From positions 54,624,001 to 54,688,000 of the forward strand of contig CM052817.1 in assembly GCA_028534125.1 (NCBI GenBank): DNA of 64,000 bases. Direction: 5' to 3'. Origin of the DNA: Lama glama. Its lineage: Eukaryota. The notes beneath the pieces are model-generated. The model ran no database searches. It saw nothing but the letters and a program-made list of their open reading frames with translations, and was not told the origin of the DNA. This document shows positions 14,650-27,879 of the stretch, piece after piece; position 1 is the first letter of the stretch; each line of letters opens with the position of its first letter. Position numbers and translations under genes: made by a program.

Positions 14650-15250
14650 TAAGACAAGTCCCTAGATATAAGGAGGTCAGAAACTATGGGGTTAGGGGTC
14701 TCTAAACAAAGAATGAACTTCTAAGTGGATACAGTAGTGGGAGATACAATTCCATCTGGGGTAAGCATTTGTGCTTTCAGTAACAAAGAGTATGAGAAAA
14801 TAGCTGACATTTTAGGTTTATAGGATATGTGCAAAGGCATAGAGATGGAAGATATCTTTTATATATATATAAGATTATGTGAAGTAACTGAAAGAAGCTA
14901 GAGTCTTCAGTACAGTGTAAGGAGTGAGCATTGTATGAGTGGAGTTTGTAAATGGGGGTAAGAGTGAGGAAGTAGATGAGCCTGGAAAGATAGTTCAAGG
15001 AGATTGCAAGTATATTTGAATGGTGAGTTGTTTGGAGTTGGTCTTATATGAAATGAAAATCCATAAAAGTTTCAATAGGGAAGGGACATGACCACAACTG
15101 TATTTTAGAAAGCAAGATGTGGTGTCAGAGTGGAGGTGTGGGAGATGAAGAGATAGGATAGAGGAGAGGAAGGCTATTGAATGAAATACTTCAGTAATAA
15201 AATAGGCTCTCTCAAAAATGGGCTTAGATGAATTAGACATAGAATATCCA
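14650..15250 (-). mobile_element. L2 LINE fragment
   Basis: gcaaaggcatagagatggaaga, ccataaaagtttcaatagggaagggacatgacc...tgtattttagaaag. Confidence 0.6.
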
Positions 15251-17416
15251 CACTGAATGGCATAAGGTTCCATCAGTTCCGCCTTAAGGTAGTTATTAAA
15301 CTGCATGGGTTTTCTGGAGATTTTTCTAGAGTTGAGATTACCGGGAACACTACTCCACAGTGTAGTCTAATGTTCTTGGGGCTGGCACTTGTTGTTTTAT
15401 AAGGAATGAAATAACAGAATTATAATTTCCTGATGTATTTTTAGGTGACTATTTTACCTTGCTGCTATTCATCTGGCAAAATGAAAAAATCCTTAGGAAA
15501 GAATGAATTTGCCTTTTGACACTTAAGAAATTATAGGTGATAGTTAGTTACCTATTTGACAAGAGATGCAAAATGTGGATTTTTTTTTCTGCTCTGTGTT
15601 GACATTAGAGTGACCTTTGGCTCATCTGGCGCAGAAGGTTCCAGTCATATTCAGTATGGATTATGATCCACTGAGCTTGTTCTTAACATATTCTTATAGT
15701 CAGCAGATCTCAGGAGGGACTCTCTGTGGAGGATGTTGTAATCTTCCACTGGATGCTTTTTTCCTTTTTCTTTCTTCTTTTCTTTGCTTTGAAGAACTGG
15801 ACAAGAAAGGTATCTCTGCTGAAAGCTGAGTAAACCTGGAGGGCAAGTACTGACATCCATGAGATGAGAGTCACTCTTGCAAGAGCCAACCAGCAGGATA
15901 AACATTTTGCTATCGCTTTAATAAATGAGACTAGTTGGAATGGCATCAGATTGGTTAATCTGAACACTTTTCATTTTCATACGCAGCTAGTAGTCACTGA
16001 GCTTTCCTTATCACACAGTTATTTTTTTCTAATTTCCTTTGCTTTTTCTCTCATTTAACTCCTCAGTCCATATAAACCAAAGGCAGCATTCTGAAAAGTG
16101 ATGTGATTATTGGGAACATTTTGTTGATAAAAGATATTCACCCAACAGGAAGAAATTAAGTTGTTACTGACATTTTTCCTTAGAAAGTGGAATTCTCTTC
16201 AGCTGAAATCCCACACAATGGAATTTCCACTTAGTAAACTCTCTAATAAGACTGTGAGAACTTCCTGGTGATATTAGATACTGCAACTTCAGAAATATAG
16301 ACTTAAATGAATAAATGGCAGTGTTGAATATGCTGTGGTGCAGAATTCTAGTTCTCTAGGGAGTGTCCAGTATCCTACATAATAAATTACAGGAAACAAT
16401 TAAAAATAAATTAGGACAATGCTGTACTTCTATTTTATTCTTACATTAAAAGCCTTGGAAATGTTGAGAAAAGTTTGTTTTTTTACATTACGTTTTCAGC
16501 CAAGTAGCTATAAAAAAGCTGGATGAACACTACATGTGTGAGAAGAGTCTTCAAAAACAAAATGTTTTAAATTTCACCCAAAGCCAGGATTTAGTTACAA
16601 TCCAAGATTGTATCAGCAGAGTTGTACCCAATGATGCTATAAATATTTCCATCCACAATGGTGGCCTTGAATGTTTTAAAGGCTTTCAGATATATGGATT
16701 ATTATCTTTGCATTAAATTAGAAAAGGAAGGCTTTCCAAGGTGGCTGTTTATACCTTTTGGTGATATAGTCTGAACCTATCATAAGTCATCCTATGAAAA
16801 CTTCCTTTAAATTTTATTATTGATAAAGTCCTCAATGCCATGGAAAGACCAAGTGTCTCATTACAGGATTTAATAAATGATTAAGTAAGATAGCATTTGT
16901 TTTCCTCTAGTGACACAGCAAGATTCAGGTTAAATCTATTTCTTTAAATTTGTAAACTGCTTAATGTCAATCAAAGATGAAAAAATTAGAAAATTTGTCT
17001 ATGTTGAGATTTCTTTCCTCAACCTTATGGTGATTTCAGATATCTAGGGTGATATTTTGATTATGTTATTATGATTTTCTCTTTCTACTTTCTGTTTATA
17101 AGTATTTCTAATTAGCTAAATTGAAACTTTTGTTGGTTTCAGAAATAGGGTAGGTGGTATTAGGAATTTTATAACAGATATGCAAAGATCAAGATAGAAT
17201 TAAAGTTTAATTTCTGAAAACCAGAAAAGAATTTTCCACAAAAATAATAGATTTGAAAGAAGAACTTGGAATGGATATTTTCTAAATTTTCTTAATATAC
17301 AATGCCCAGACATAAATGGCACAGACTATGGAAATTTTTCCCTAAATACAGAGAGGGCACACCTTCTACCTTCATGGATAATCCTTATGGCTTGGTAACC
17401 ACAGTAGGAAGATATC

Positions 17417-18430
17417 ATGTAAGAGCAGCAGATAGGTAGTTCAGAGCCTGTCCTTTTTGGCCCCTAAGAACTTTGAGAGATAAAGGTGGAAAAAAGCAGA
17501 TGAATAATGGAGTGGAGAATATGGGCCCCAAGCTCCCATTTTCAGACTTTGTCTTGAACAGAAGGAGGCATGTTATATAAGTTGAAGGAATTGCCAAGGC
17601 TAAGAGCACTTGCCTTGATTCATTTCTGGAACTCGGGAAGGAGATTGCCTCTCAGATGGCCATAAAAAACCTAAATGTTGGAACTTAGCATGGTTAGGCT
17701 GAAGAAGAGAGGTGGTTTAGCTTTCCTGAGTTGCTTGCCGTACCTATGAGATGTGGTTTGAATCCCCAGTATTCTTGTGTGACCTTGTTCCTGGTGGGAA
17801 CTTCTGAGATGATGTGACTCCACTATAGTGATTCGAAATTACGGGTGCGTTGATTATTTCAGGCTCTGGATGGAAGATGTAGAAGAGATTCAAGGAGATT
17901 CTTAATACCAGCAAGGGCTGGGGTGAGGCCCTGTGAGTCAGAGCTCACCACCAGGCCTTGGTGAAGACTTGCCAGCTCTATCTATGAAGTCCAGCAGGGG
18001 ATTCCAGCAGGGAGAGCAGCTGCCAGACAGATAAGAAACTCCCTCAGAGACCAGAGAAGCCAAAGGGCACAGGATGTGCCAGCACTCCCTCCCTCTGATG
18101 TCATGAGAACACTGTAAGACTCCTAATATACCCAAACCCCACTCTGAGGAAGAAAAGAGTAAAGGGGCAAGAATATAAAGAGGGAACATCTTTCTAAAAA
18201 GTCTGAGCAGTGCAAAAAAGACTCCTTAAAACAGTTCTGTGAGGAATTGGGACTTTCAAGTATAAAGCCAGAACTGTAGAAACCAGAATTAGAGTGAAAT
18301 ACTGTTATTTGGCAGGAGTAAGTTTTCTTTTATGTGGGGTGGGCTGCCATAGAAGATTAGGCCAGGTTTAGAGAACAAAGGCACTGTATTTTATACATGT
18401 CTCTGAGAACAGTGTGAGAAGATTTAAGAA
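17417..18430. mobile_element. Possible ancient LTR (family unassigned)
   Basis: GC-elevated block starting tgtaag with LTR-like composition; no confident consensus match. Confidence 0.3.
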
Positions 18431-18551
18431 TCCTCCATGTATGATGTTCTGTGCTCATCTGGGTCTCATAACCAGAGCAGAGTATTGCTCCTAGTATAAG
18501 ACAAACATCTCAAATTGGAAACCTCTGCATTAAAAAAAGAAAATTTATTAG

Positions 18552-19213
18552 TGTATTAGGAGTCTATTTTTTTAGAATGAATTATCATAAGTTTAGCAGC
18601 TTAAAACAACATAAATTTATTCCTCCTAGTTCTGTAGGTCAGCAAGCTCAATGGCGTTCTTTGCTTAGTCTCCCAAAGTGGAAATCAAAGTGTCAGCAGA
18701 CCTGGGCTCTTATCTGGAGGCTCTGGGGAAGAATCCAATTCTAGCTCATTTATCATTGGCAGAATCCAGTTCCTTGTGAACTGTAGGTCAGAGGTCCCAG
18801 TTTTCTTCCTGGCTATCAGGCGGAGACTACTCTCTGCTCCTTGAAGCCATCTGCATTCTCTCTCATGTTGTTCCTTCCATCTTCCAACCAGCAATTGCAA
18901 GTCAAGTCTTTATCCTGCTTTGAATCTTTCTGAGTTCCTTTTCTGCTATCAGTTAAAGAAAACTCTGTTTTTAAAGAATTCATGTAGTTAGATTTGGTTG
19001 ACTCACTGGAATAACCTCCCTTTGGATTAACTCAAAAGTCAGTTAATTAGTAACCATAATTAAATCTGCAAAATCACTTTTGCCACATAACCTAACATAA
19101 ATACAGGCATAATATCTCTTCCAGTTCCTAGTCCCAATCCTGTGGATTAGAGTGAGAAATCATGGGGACAGGGAGTGGGGAGAGGAGAATCATTTAAGGA
19201 TTCCTCCTAACAC
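18552..19213 (-). mobile_element. MLT1D/E-like MaLR solo LTR
   Basis: tgtattag...gcagcttaaaacaaca...ggaggctctggggaagaatcc...ttggcagaatccagttccttgtg. Confidence 0.9.
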
Positions 19214-20270
19214 TACCAATTTTGTTGTGTACTTTTTGGTATAACAGCAGGCCCTAATAAGAAAGGTACTATTGGTTAGGAAAATAATGCTGTTGATAAC
19301 TGCCATGATCAGTTACTGACTATTAATAGTACTGTTAAAGATTCATAAACATTATATATTGCCTATCATGAGCAAATACTTATTGAATATTACCAACTCT
19401 GTTATGTGTGGAGGGCATGCTCAGGCAAAGTGAACACAGTGTCATCCCCTATAAAGCTCATAGACATAAATAGATGATTACAGAACCATTGATAAATGTT
19501 ATATATAGCCCATATAACATGTGCTATGGAAAGACAGACTCAAGTGATGTCAGAGAATTCATTGAGAAAATCATGTTATTTGTTTGCTCAAAGTCTAGAA
19601 CTTTCCCTCCCAATGATGAAAACAACACAGGCCTACTGCAGAAAAGTGGAAAACATAAAAGAGAATAGAATGACGATCACATACAATCCTATCTTCTAGA
19701 AATAACCTTTATTTACATTTCAACATATTTCTTTTATGTGTTTCACATATACGTTTCATATGTATTTTACATAGTTGAGGTTGAAATTCATATACAGTTT
19801 AGTATAGCTCTTTTATATATAAATATAGTAACATTTTTCTGTATCTTAAGAATTTTATAAATATTATTGTTGATTATGTAGTAATATTTCATCATATGGA
19901 TGGACCAAATTTTAATTATCATTTCATCTATTATTTAATTTTTAATTTTTTTGATATTTTGTAATTATAAAGAGCTTAAAATCCACTGTTTTTTCCACAT
20001 TATGGTCATAGAATTTGTTCTAGGGTAGAACTGTGGGTATTCATTGGCCATACAGAAAACATGGTAAAAGGAAAACTCACTTTACATATATTGAAAACAA
20101 CTATAAATAATTATAGACTAATTACTAAGATGAATGCAATTAATTACTTATATGAAGGACTATATAGTTTAAAATAGTCAAATAATTTCTTTTCACTGAA
20201 GCAATGGTATCTGAGGATAGTCAAATGACTTTCTTCAAAATTGTTTTTTTCATACTTCATATTTATGGAT

Positions 20271-21136
20271 TGTATTAGGTAGGGCTTTTCAGAGAAAAAG
20301 AACCAATAGGATGTATGTATATACAGATGGTCACCAACTTATGATGGTTCAACTTAACAATTTTTGTTTGTTTGTTTGTTTTTACTATAGTAGTGTGAAA
20401 GTGATATGCATTGGGTAGAAACCATACTTTGAATTTTGAGTTTTGATATTTTCCCCAGCTTTCAATATGTGGTATGATACTATCTCATGATGCTGGGCAG
20501 TGGCAGGGGCCACAGTTCCCCGTCAGCCATGTGATCTTGAGGGTGATAATTTTGCCCAATTATAGGCGAATGCAAGTGTTTGTAGCATGTTTAAGGTAGG
20601 CTGGGCTAAGCTGTGGTGTTCAGTAAGTTCAGTGTATTAAAATATTTTCAACTTGTGGTGACTTCATTGGGACTAACCCCATCATAAATTGAGGAAGATT
20701 TGTATGTCTTTATATACGTATGCATATTTTACATATTTGTAGGTATAATCTATACGTATGTATATATGTGTATATATATGCAAGAGAGAGAAATAGAGGG
20801 ATTTTAAAGAATTGCCTTAAGAGATTGTGGAAGCTGGCAAGTCTGAAATCTGCAGGGTAGGCCTGCAGGCTGAAAACTCAAAGACAAGTTGGAGTTTGAG
20901 TCTGCAGGCAGCCTGCTGGTAAAATTCCCTCCCTCTTAAGGGTGGTCAGTCTTTTCCTTAAGGCCTTTAAGTGATTGGGAGAAGCTCACCCAGATTATAG
21001 AGGACAGTTTGCTTTACCCAAATTCTACTGCTTAAAATGCTAGTCTGATCTTAAAAATATCTTCACAGAAACATCTAGAGTAAAATATCTAGGTACCATA
21101 GCCTAGCTAAATTGGCACGTGAAAATAACCATCACG
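20271..21136 (-). mobile_element. MLT2 (ERVL) solo LTR, interrupted by MER47
   Basis: tgtattaggtagggcttttcagagaaaaagaaccaatagg ... gctggcaagtctgaaatctgcagggtaggcc ... aaaataaccatcac. Confidence 0.9.
20324..20702 (-). mobile_element. MER47/Tigger5-like TcMar-Tigger element
   Basis: Imperfect TIRs cagatggtcaccaacttatgatgg / ccatcataaattgaggaagatttg, TA on both sides. Confidence 0.85.
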
Positions 21137-22559
21137 CAGACTCATTCTGAACAACTATTGGCAACAGATATGGCTGTTTAAGGTTTGCATGTGAGTTCCT
21201 TGTAATCCAGAATTCAGTAGACTTAATATTTCCTTTCTGGAAGACATTATGACATGAGATGAAAAAAGTCCAAGAACTAGAAGGCATTAGTCATTGTCAA
21301 TATAGAACTAATAGTAATAAATAGGACTCATAAGTATCCTTAAAGGGCAAAAATTGTTTTCTGCTCTTAAGTGTCTTAGTAGGAAGATTAAATATTTACT
21401 GATTTGATAAAAAATCTATTCAATGAGAACTCTTTGTAGTAATGGTCATTTTAATAAATTAAGATTTGAATTAGACAATATTTAAAGGAAACACAGTGTT
21501 TTAATTTTGGATGCATATAATTACTCAAACAGGAGGAAATGAGTAAATGGACTAGCCTAAATGCTTTTCTGAGTGCAAACTATTGGGGAACTTTCTTTTA
21601 TGAATAACTAGGGAAACATTGTGATTAATATATTTCCTTGTGTAAATTGTGGAGAAGCTCTCCAAAATTGGTCTTTAACTTGCTTATTTAAAATAAATTC
21701 CTAGCTATTTTGTCTATACCATACATTTATGGAATCTGAAAAGGACTGGATAGATTAAGTAAGATAAACTTCAACTTAAATCCCTTCTAAATTATTGAAA
21801 ATTCCAAGGGATTGTGAGTTAATAAAATTTATCATGCTTGTGTTAATCTTTGGAATGAAAAATTTTTTTCCACAGTGGAATTCTGTGGTTTGTTGTTTGT
21901 CAAATGATTGTTTTATCAAATATAGTAGCAGGAATATTATTGATAAGTAAAAAGTGATAAATTAGAAAAAGCACATATAATGTGATTTTTGGAAATTTAT
22001 TTAGACTTTTAGTCTTACGTATAGGAATATCTTTCAATGTGGGAATAAAAATGCTTGCTGTAGGCCTATAGGAGTAGGCCATTTTAAACTGGCAGCATTT
22101 AGTAACTAGCAGTATTTTTTTTTAATTTTTTTATTGAGTAATGTTATTTTACAATGTTGTGTCAAATTCTAGTGTAGAGCACAATTTTTCAGTCATACAT
22201 GAACATGTATATATTCATTGTCACTTTTTTTTTTTGCTATGAGCTATCACAAGATCTTTAATATTTTTCCCTGTGCTATACAGTATAATCTTGTTTATCT
22301 ATTCTGCATTTTAAAATCCCAGTCTGTCCCTTCCCACCCTCCGCCCCCTTGGCAACCACAAGTTCGTATTGTATGCCTATGAGTCTGTTTCTGTTTTGTA
22401 TTTATGTTTTGTTTTGTTTTGATTCCTCATATAAGCAATCTCATATGGTATTTTTCTTTCTCTTTCTGGCTTACTGAGAATGACATTCTCCAGGAACATC
22501 CATGTTGCTGCAAATGGTGTTATGTTGTCAGTTTTTGTGGCTGAATAGTATTCCATTGT

Positions 22560-23059
22560 NNNNNNNNNNNNNNNNNNNNNNNNNNNNNNNNNNNNNNNNN
22601 NNNNNNNNNNNNNNNNNNNNNNNNNNNNNNNNNNNNNNNNNNNNNNNNNNNNNNNNNNNNNNNNNNNNNNNNNNNNNNNNNNNNNNNNNNNNNNNNNNNN
22701 NNNNNNNNNNNNNNNNNNNNNNNNNNNNNNNNNNNNNNNNNNNNNNNNNNNNNNNNNNNNNNNNNNNNNNNNNNNNNNNNNNNNNNNNNNNNNNNNNNNN
22801 NNNNNNNNNNNNNNNNNNNNNNNNNNNNNNNNNNNNNNNNNNNNNNNNNNNNNNNNNNNNNNNNNNNNNNNNNNNNNNNNNNNNNNNNNNNNNNNNNNNN
22901 NNNNNNNNNNNNNNNNNNNNNNNNNNNNNNNNNNNNNNNNNNNNNNNNNNNNNNNNNNNNNNNNNNNNNNNNNNNNNNNNNNNNNNNNNNNNNNNNNNNN
23001 NNNNNNNNNNNNNNNNNNNNNNNNNNNNNNNNNNNNNNNNNNNNNNNNNNNNNNNNNNN
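22560..23059. other. Assembly gap (500 N) inside the L1
   Basis: Exactly 500 N between ORF1 and the end of ORF2. Confidence 0.99.
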
Positions 23060-23805
23060 TAGCTGCATCTTTTTTTTTCATTCAGGACTTTGAATATATC
23101 TTGCCACTCCCTTCTGGCCTGTAGCGTTTGTGTAGAGAAGTCAGCTGAAAGCCTTATGGGGGTTCCATTGTAACTCACTCTTTGTTTTTCTCTTGCTGCC
23201 TTTAGGATCACTTCTTTATCCTTGACCCTGGCCATCTTGATTATGATATGTCTTGGTATGGGTCTGTTTGGGTTCTTCCTGTTTGGGACCCTCTGAGCCT
23301 CCTGTACTTGGATATCTGATTCCTTCTTTAGGTTTGGGAAGTTTTCAGTCATGATTTCTTCAAGACCTTTTCAATCCCCTTTGTTCTTTCTTCCCCTTCT
23401 GGAACCCTTATGCATAGATTGGCATGCTTTTTATTATCCCGTAGGTCCCTTATATTGTTTTCATTGATTTTTATTTGTTTTTCTCTCAACCGTTCTGATT
23501 GGGTGCTTTCTGTTGTCCTGTCTTGCAGGTCACTTATTTGTTCCTCTGCATTATCTAGCCTGCTTTGTACAGCCTTTAGGTCAGCTCTCATCTCAGCAAA
23601 TGAGTTTACTAATTCTACTTGGTTCTTCTTTATAGCTTCTATTTCATTTTTGACATATTTTATATCTCTAAACACTATTTCTTTTAGTTCTTTCAGTACT
23701 TTGATCACTTCTTTTTTGAAATCTTGATCTAGTAGGCCATCAATGTCTATTTCCTTGATCGTGCTCTTGATCTTTTAATTGGGAGTGGTTTCTCTGCTTC
23801 TTCAT
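23060..23805 (-). pseudogene. L1 ORF1p, frameshifted
   Basis: ATG at 23805 gives MKKQRNHSQLKDQE; shifted frames give a coiled coil (IKVLKELKE...SRLDNAEEQISDLQD) and ENFPNL...RHIIIKM...ILKAAREK...PIRLSADFS..TLQARREWQDIFKVL; at least 2 frameshifts. Confidence 0.93.
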
Positions 23806-25158
23806 ATTGCTCATATCTCTCTGGCACTGTGGCTTAAGGAGTATCAGTTGTCTAGTTCTCCTGGAGATGGTGAGCTCTTAATGATTTTATAGAGAGGTCT
23901 TTGTGTCTTCATCCTGTTTCACGAATTCAGCTTGCTGTTTCCAGAGGCCCTCTGTTGGAGCCCTCATCTGTGCTGCTCCCAGTGGCTGTCAGCTAGCAGA
24001 TCGTGCCCCCTCCTAACACTGGGTCAGTGTTACTGGGTCAGAAGCTGAGCTCTTACCCAGTGGGTGGGCGGGTCAGTCCCCCTCCCGATGCCGCAGTCAG
24101 ATGCTGCATTGGGAGGAAGCAGTTGGGCAGATTGTGCCCCCTCCCAGCACCGTGGTCAGGTGCTGCATTCCTGCCAGGAAGTGGGGTGGCCGCCTGCCCT
24201 CTTCTGGTGCTGGTCGCTCCACTGCTCTGTGCAGCTGCCCACTCTGCCTCGGGGTCGATGCTCCGAAGGCGGGCTCAGGGAAGACCGGGGAATGGCCCTG
24301 CCCCTGCTCCATGCCAAATCTTAGCTCCTTGTTTGTCTTGGCAGCTCAAGTTCTCTGAGGTGCCAGGGCAGAAAGATCCTATCTGCCTCGGGCTGTAAAC
24401 AAGTCTCAGTCCTGCCTAGGAGGTTGCAGAGCCCCCCCAGGTCTCGGCCCCACCCCTGCCTGGGCACTGTGCACAGGAGGAGATGGCAGCTGTGGCTGAG
24501 CCCCGCCTCTCTTCTTGTAAGATGCAGTAATGGCAGCGCAGGTCTGAGGAGACAAAGGCTATGGTGCCCCCCCCCCCCCCAGGGCACACCAGCCATGTTG
24601 CTTTGCTTTTTTTGCAATTTATGGGGGACCGAGGTTATTCTGCTCTGTATCCCCTCCCAGCCACGGTGTGCAGCACCCTGCATTCCCCCAGGGCTTCTTC
24701 AGTGCAGCCACCCCAGTCCTCCGCCTGGCTCAGGTGGCCTGTCCTGGCCCCAGCTGCCAACTCACATCTCGGGCTGGGTGTCGCGGGGACCCTTTGTGCC
24801 CATTTAACTCAGTTCTCTTGGTTAAGGGATGCTTGAGGCAAATCTGAGCCTCAGAGGCTCCCCCTCCGTCCTGCTGGCCTCTCTGTTGGAGAGGGGGTAC
24901 CCAGTGAACGAGCACCAGCCCTCCTTTGCCGCTCCCTCCCCGCGGGATTGGTCCCACACTGTTTTGCTTTTTCTTCTTTTTTATTTTTCTCCTCCCAGAT
25001 TTTTGGCGTCTTTGTCTTTCGAAAAGGGTGATGTTCTGTCGGAGTTCAGCAGGTGCTCTGGTTGGCTGAGTAGGTCCATAGATGTGAGTTTTGGTGTATT
25101 TGTGGGAGATGGTGAGCTACGAGCATCCTTCTATTCTGCCATCTTGCTTCTCCCTCTC
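23806..25158 (-). promoter_or_regulatory. L1 5' UTR internal promoter, GC/CpG-rich, with YY1 motif
   Basis: Only strongly GC-rich block in the window; gccatcttg (YY1 core) at 25138-25146. Confidence 0.8.
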
Positions 25159-27201
25159 GTACCGAGCAGTATTAATTGAAATGGATCTTCAATGAATTTC
25201 CTCCAGGTGAAAAAACTGCATATTTTGATTCTTAAGAGGGATACTAAGCTAACCATATCAGAGAATGAACTTCAAAATCAGTAATGGAATTATTGGTTTC
25301 CTGACCAGGCTGACAATTTCTACCTTTACTAGTACTTTTTAGTCCTCTGTTTAGTCAGATAATTCTAAATTGTATGGCCTTTATGTAAGGAAGGTAATAA
25401 AGGGTTAGTTCATAGAATACAAATCCTATCAGCCATGTAAAAAGTCCAGGTACTTCAATTCTAAGTAATATTTAAAAGAAGTTGTTTGATTACATAAGAC
25501 TAAGGATTAAAACCTACCAGAGTGGTAGGTTTAATTTAGTATTGTCACTATTCTGTCAGTTTTGAGGTTTTGAAAACTACAAATGAATAATACATTATAC
25601 ATTAATCCTAAAGATTATTAGTTCTTTTTAATTGCTTTTGGGTTTACATTCCAGAACAATGTTAATATTTTTCCAAGTGAAGCCAAGAGGAAGTTAGCAT
25701 TTATGTTTTATTCTTTTTTCCCCCAAATTATAAATGTTTTTCTGACCTTTAAATACTAATGAAGGGAAATAAAATGAACATAAAATATTTGTCTTAATTG
25801 TTTTGTGTTTTGTTGCTTCATTATGAATCTTCCCTTGACAGCTTTATTAGTCCCAGTGTCATTGTAGGGGAAAAAATATCAAGTGGCCACTGAAGGGACA
25901 CTTTTGGGGGTTTCAAAACAATTTCTAAAAGCAAAAGAGGATCACATAGGCAGCATCATTTATTAATATAGATAACTTGACTGAATTACTAATAATGCAG
26001 TGGTTACTATTTTTATATCAATGTCTTTGGGAAAGAGGGAGCTGTTTTCATACCATTCTTGTAATGAATAAGGCTACTTTTTCTGAGGCTGGTGGTTCCT
26101 CTAGAGAGATTGTGATTTGGCAAAGTATATTATACTTTTTGAGATTTATTTTACTGTAAATAATTAATATCCTTTTCAAGGACTGGGGATATCAGGGTGA
26201 GTTCTTTATCTGCACAGTTTTATATAAACACACATTTACAAATAAGACCTTAAAATTATCTCTAACTAGTGAATCCTGGAATTTTTAATGTAATACAGGG
26301 ATATGTACTTAGGATATTCTGCCATTGCTTTAAAAACTGCTTTTCTTCTATAAAGTGAGAAAATATATCAAATATTTTAAAAAATACTTTACATATATAA
26401 TATCTAACTGATGGAGTACTGAATGGTGGAAAGGGACTACCTGCACAGAAGCTATAACTTCTTGATTTATTTAGCCAACAGTATGAACAGAAATGAGGTG
26501 ACTAAAAACAGCAGACAAGAATGAAACATGTTAGTATGGCTTTCCCTTTGTCCTTTGGCACCTGTTGGGCACACAGATGCTTTCTGTATAGGAAGGACTC
26601 TGCCAGATTGAGAAGGAAGTCAGAAGCAGCTTTGTCTATTCTCTTTTATTCTCAGATTTAAGCTAGCATTCATGAAGAAAGTATATCTTCATTTCTCTAT
26701 TTAATGACAACAATAATAATATTATGCCTATGGCTACAAATATACATCCTTATCTTCCTAATGATAATGGTAACATTTTACATTTACTGTATTCCAAGCA
26801 CTCTTCATCAGGCTGAACATATACATGTTACCTTATTTGATTGTGAAAACAGTCTCATAGTTAAGTGCTGTTATTTTTCTCTTTTCATGCACAGGGAACA
26901 AAGGCACTGAAAGTTTAAGTAAATTGCAAATAGTAACTCAGTTTAAGTGGCCAGTTGGAAATACTGGACTTCTGAAAATTTATGAGTTAACCTTAATAAT
27001 CCCTATAACATCTGATTTTGTAGCTCAGAGAGAGACCTATCTCATTAAAAGTTCTTCCAGCAGCAGCATTCCTTTTATCCCTTCCCACTTTCTTTTCAAC
27101 CATAGCCCACTCCTTCACCTTAATCTCCAACACATTTTCCCTGTTATTTCCTTTTATCATGTAAAATGTGATATGTACAGAGCAACAGTGGTAATACTTA
27201 T

Positions 27202-27325
27202 TGTGGTGATCAATTTTGTGTCAAGTTGATTCAGCCATGGTACACAGATATTTGATTCAAGATGTTTCTATGAAGGTATTTTTTGGATGGAATGAACATT
27301 TAAATCAGTAGACTCTGAGTGAAGT
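27202..27325 (+). mobile_element. MLT2 LTR 5' fragment
   Basis: tgtggtgatcaattttgtgtcaagttga...aacatttaaatcagtagactctgagt. Confidence 0.75.
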
Positions 27326-27879
27326 GTTGTTTTGTTTTGCTTAGTGCTCATAATTTTAGTTGTCTAAAAGTTATTTTCAAACCCCAAATTGTGCTTTAAT
27401 AATTCATGTATGCTGTCAAAAGTAGTTGTAGTTTATTTTCACTTCTCTATAATATACCACAAGTGAACATACTCTAATTTTTAACTTATTCTCTTGTTTT
27501 TTAGACATTAACAAAATTTTTTACACATCTTACACATCTTCTATTGGAAAAATTCCTAGGTACCTCTTCAGCTGCTAATATACCAAGTGTATTTTAAAAT
27601 AAATATGTGTTCTATGTGTTGCTAATATTATAGGAGTGTAATTGATTTTTAAAATATCAATTTTCTTTATCTTGCCTATCTACTTTGCCAAAGTCTATGC
27701 TTATTTCTAATAATTAGATTCTAGAGTATTTTGACTTTTCCATGCAGGCAAGATAGTCAAGTCATCACAAAGAAACAAAACAAAGCAAAATTTTTATAAT
27801 TTTCCAATCCTATGTCTTTATTATTTTTCTTGTCTTAAAAAATGTCAAGAAATTTTAGAACTATTTAGGCTAGAAAGAG

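Larger units (their letters stand above)
22117..25158 (-). mobile_element. Full-length lineage-specific L1 (camelid-like); interior lost in an assembly gap
   Basis: Poly(T) and 3' UTR from 22115; ORF2 C-terminal TMEYYSA motif; ORF1; GC-rich 5' UTR starting gagagggagaagcaagatggc; TSD gtaactagcagtatt (22102-22116) / gtaccgagcagtatt (25159-25173); TT/AATA endonuclease-like site. Confidence 0.93.

Noticed and set aside
15617..16058. Overlapping ORFs in a balanced-composition block
   Set aside because: No recognisable protein or convincing splice pair; may be non-coding
16184..16232. Imperfect hairpin aagtggaa...ttccactt as a pre-miRNA
   Set aside because: Stem too short and interrupted; expected by chance
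22377..23081. ORFs spanning the second gap
   Set aside because: Mostly X; the real parts are L1 ORF1/ORF2 pieces
24003..24957. Cluster of overlapping 70-130 aa ORFs
   Set aside because: GC-rich L1 5' UTR with few stop codons; mostly non-ATG starts and no recognisable protein
24000..25158. CpG island as a host gene promoter
   Set aside because: Lies wholly within the TSD-bounded L1
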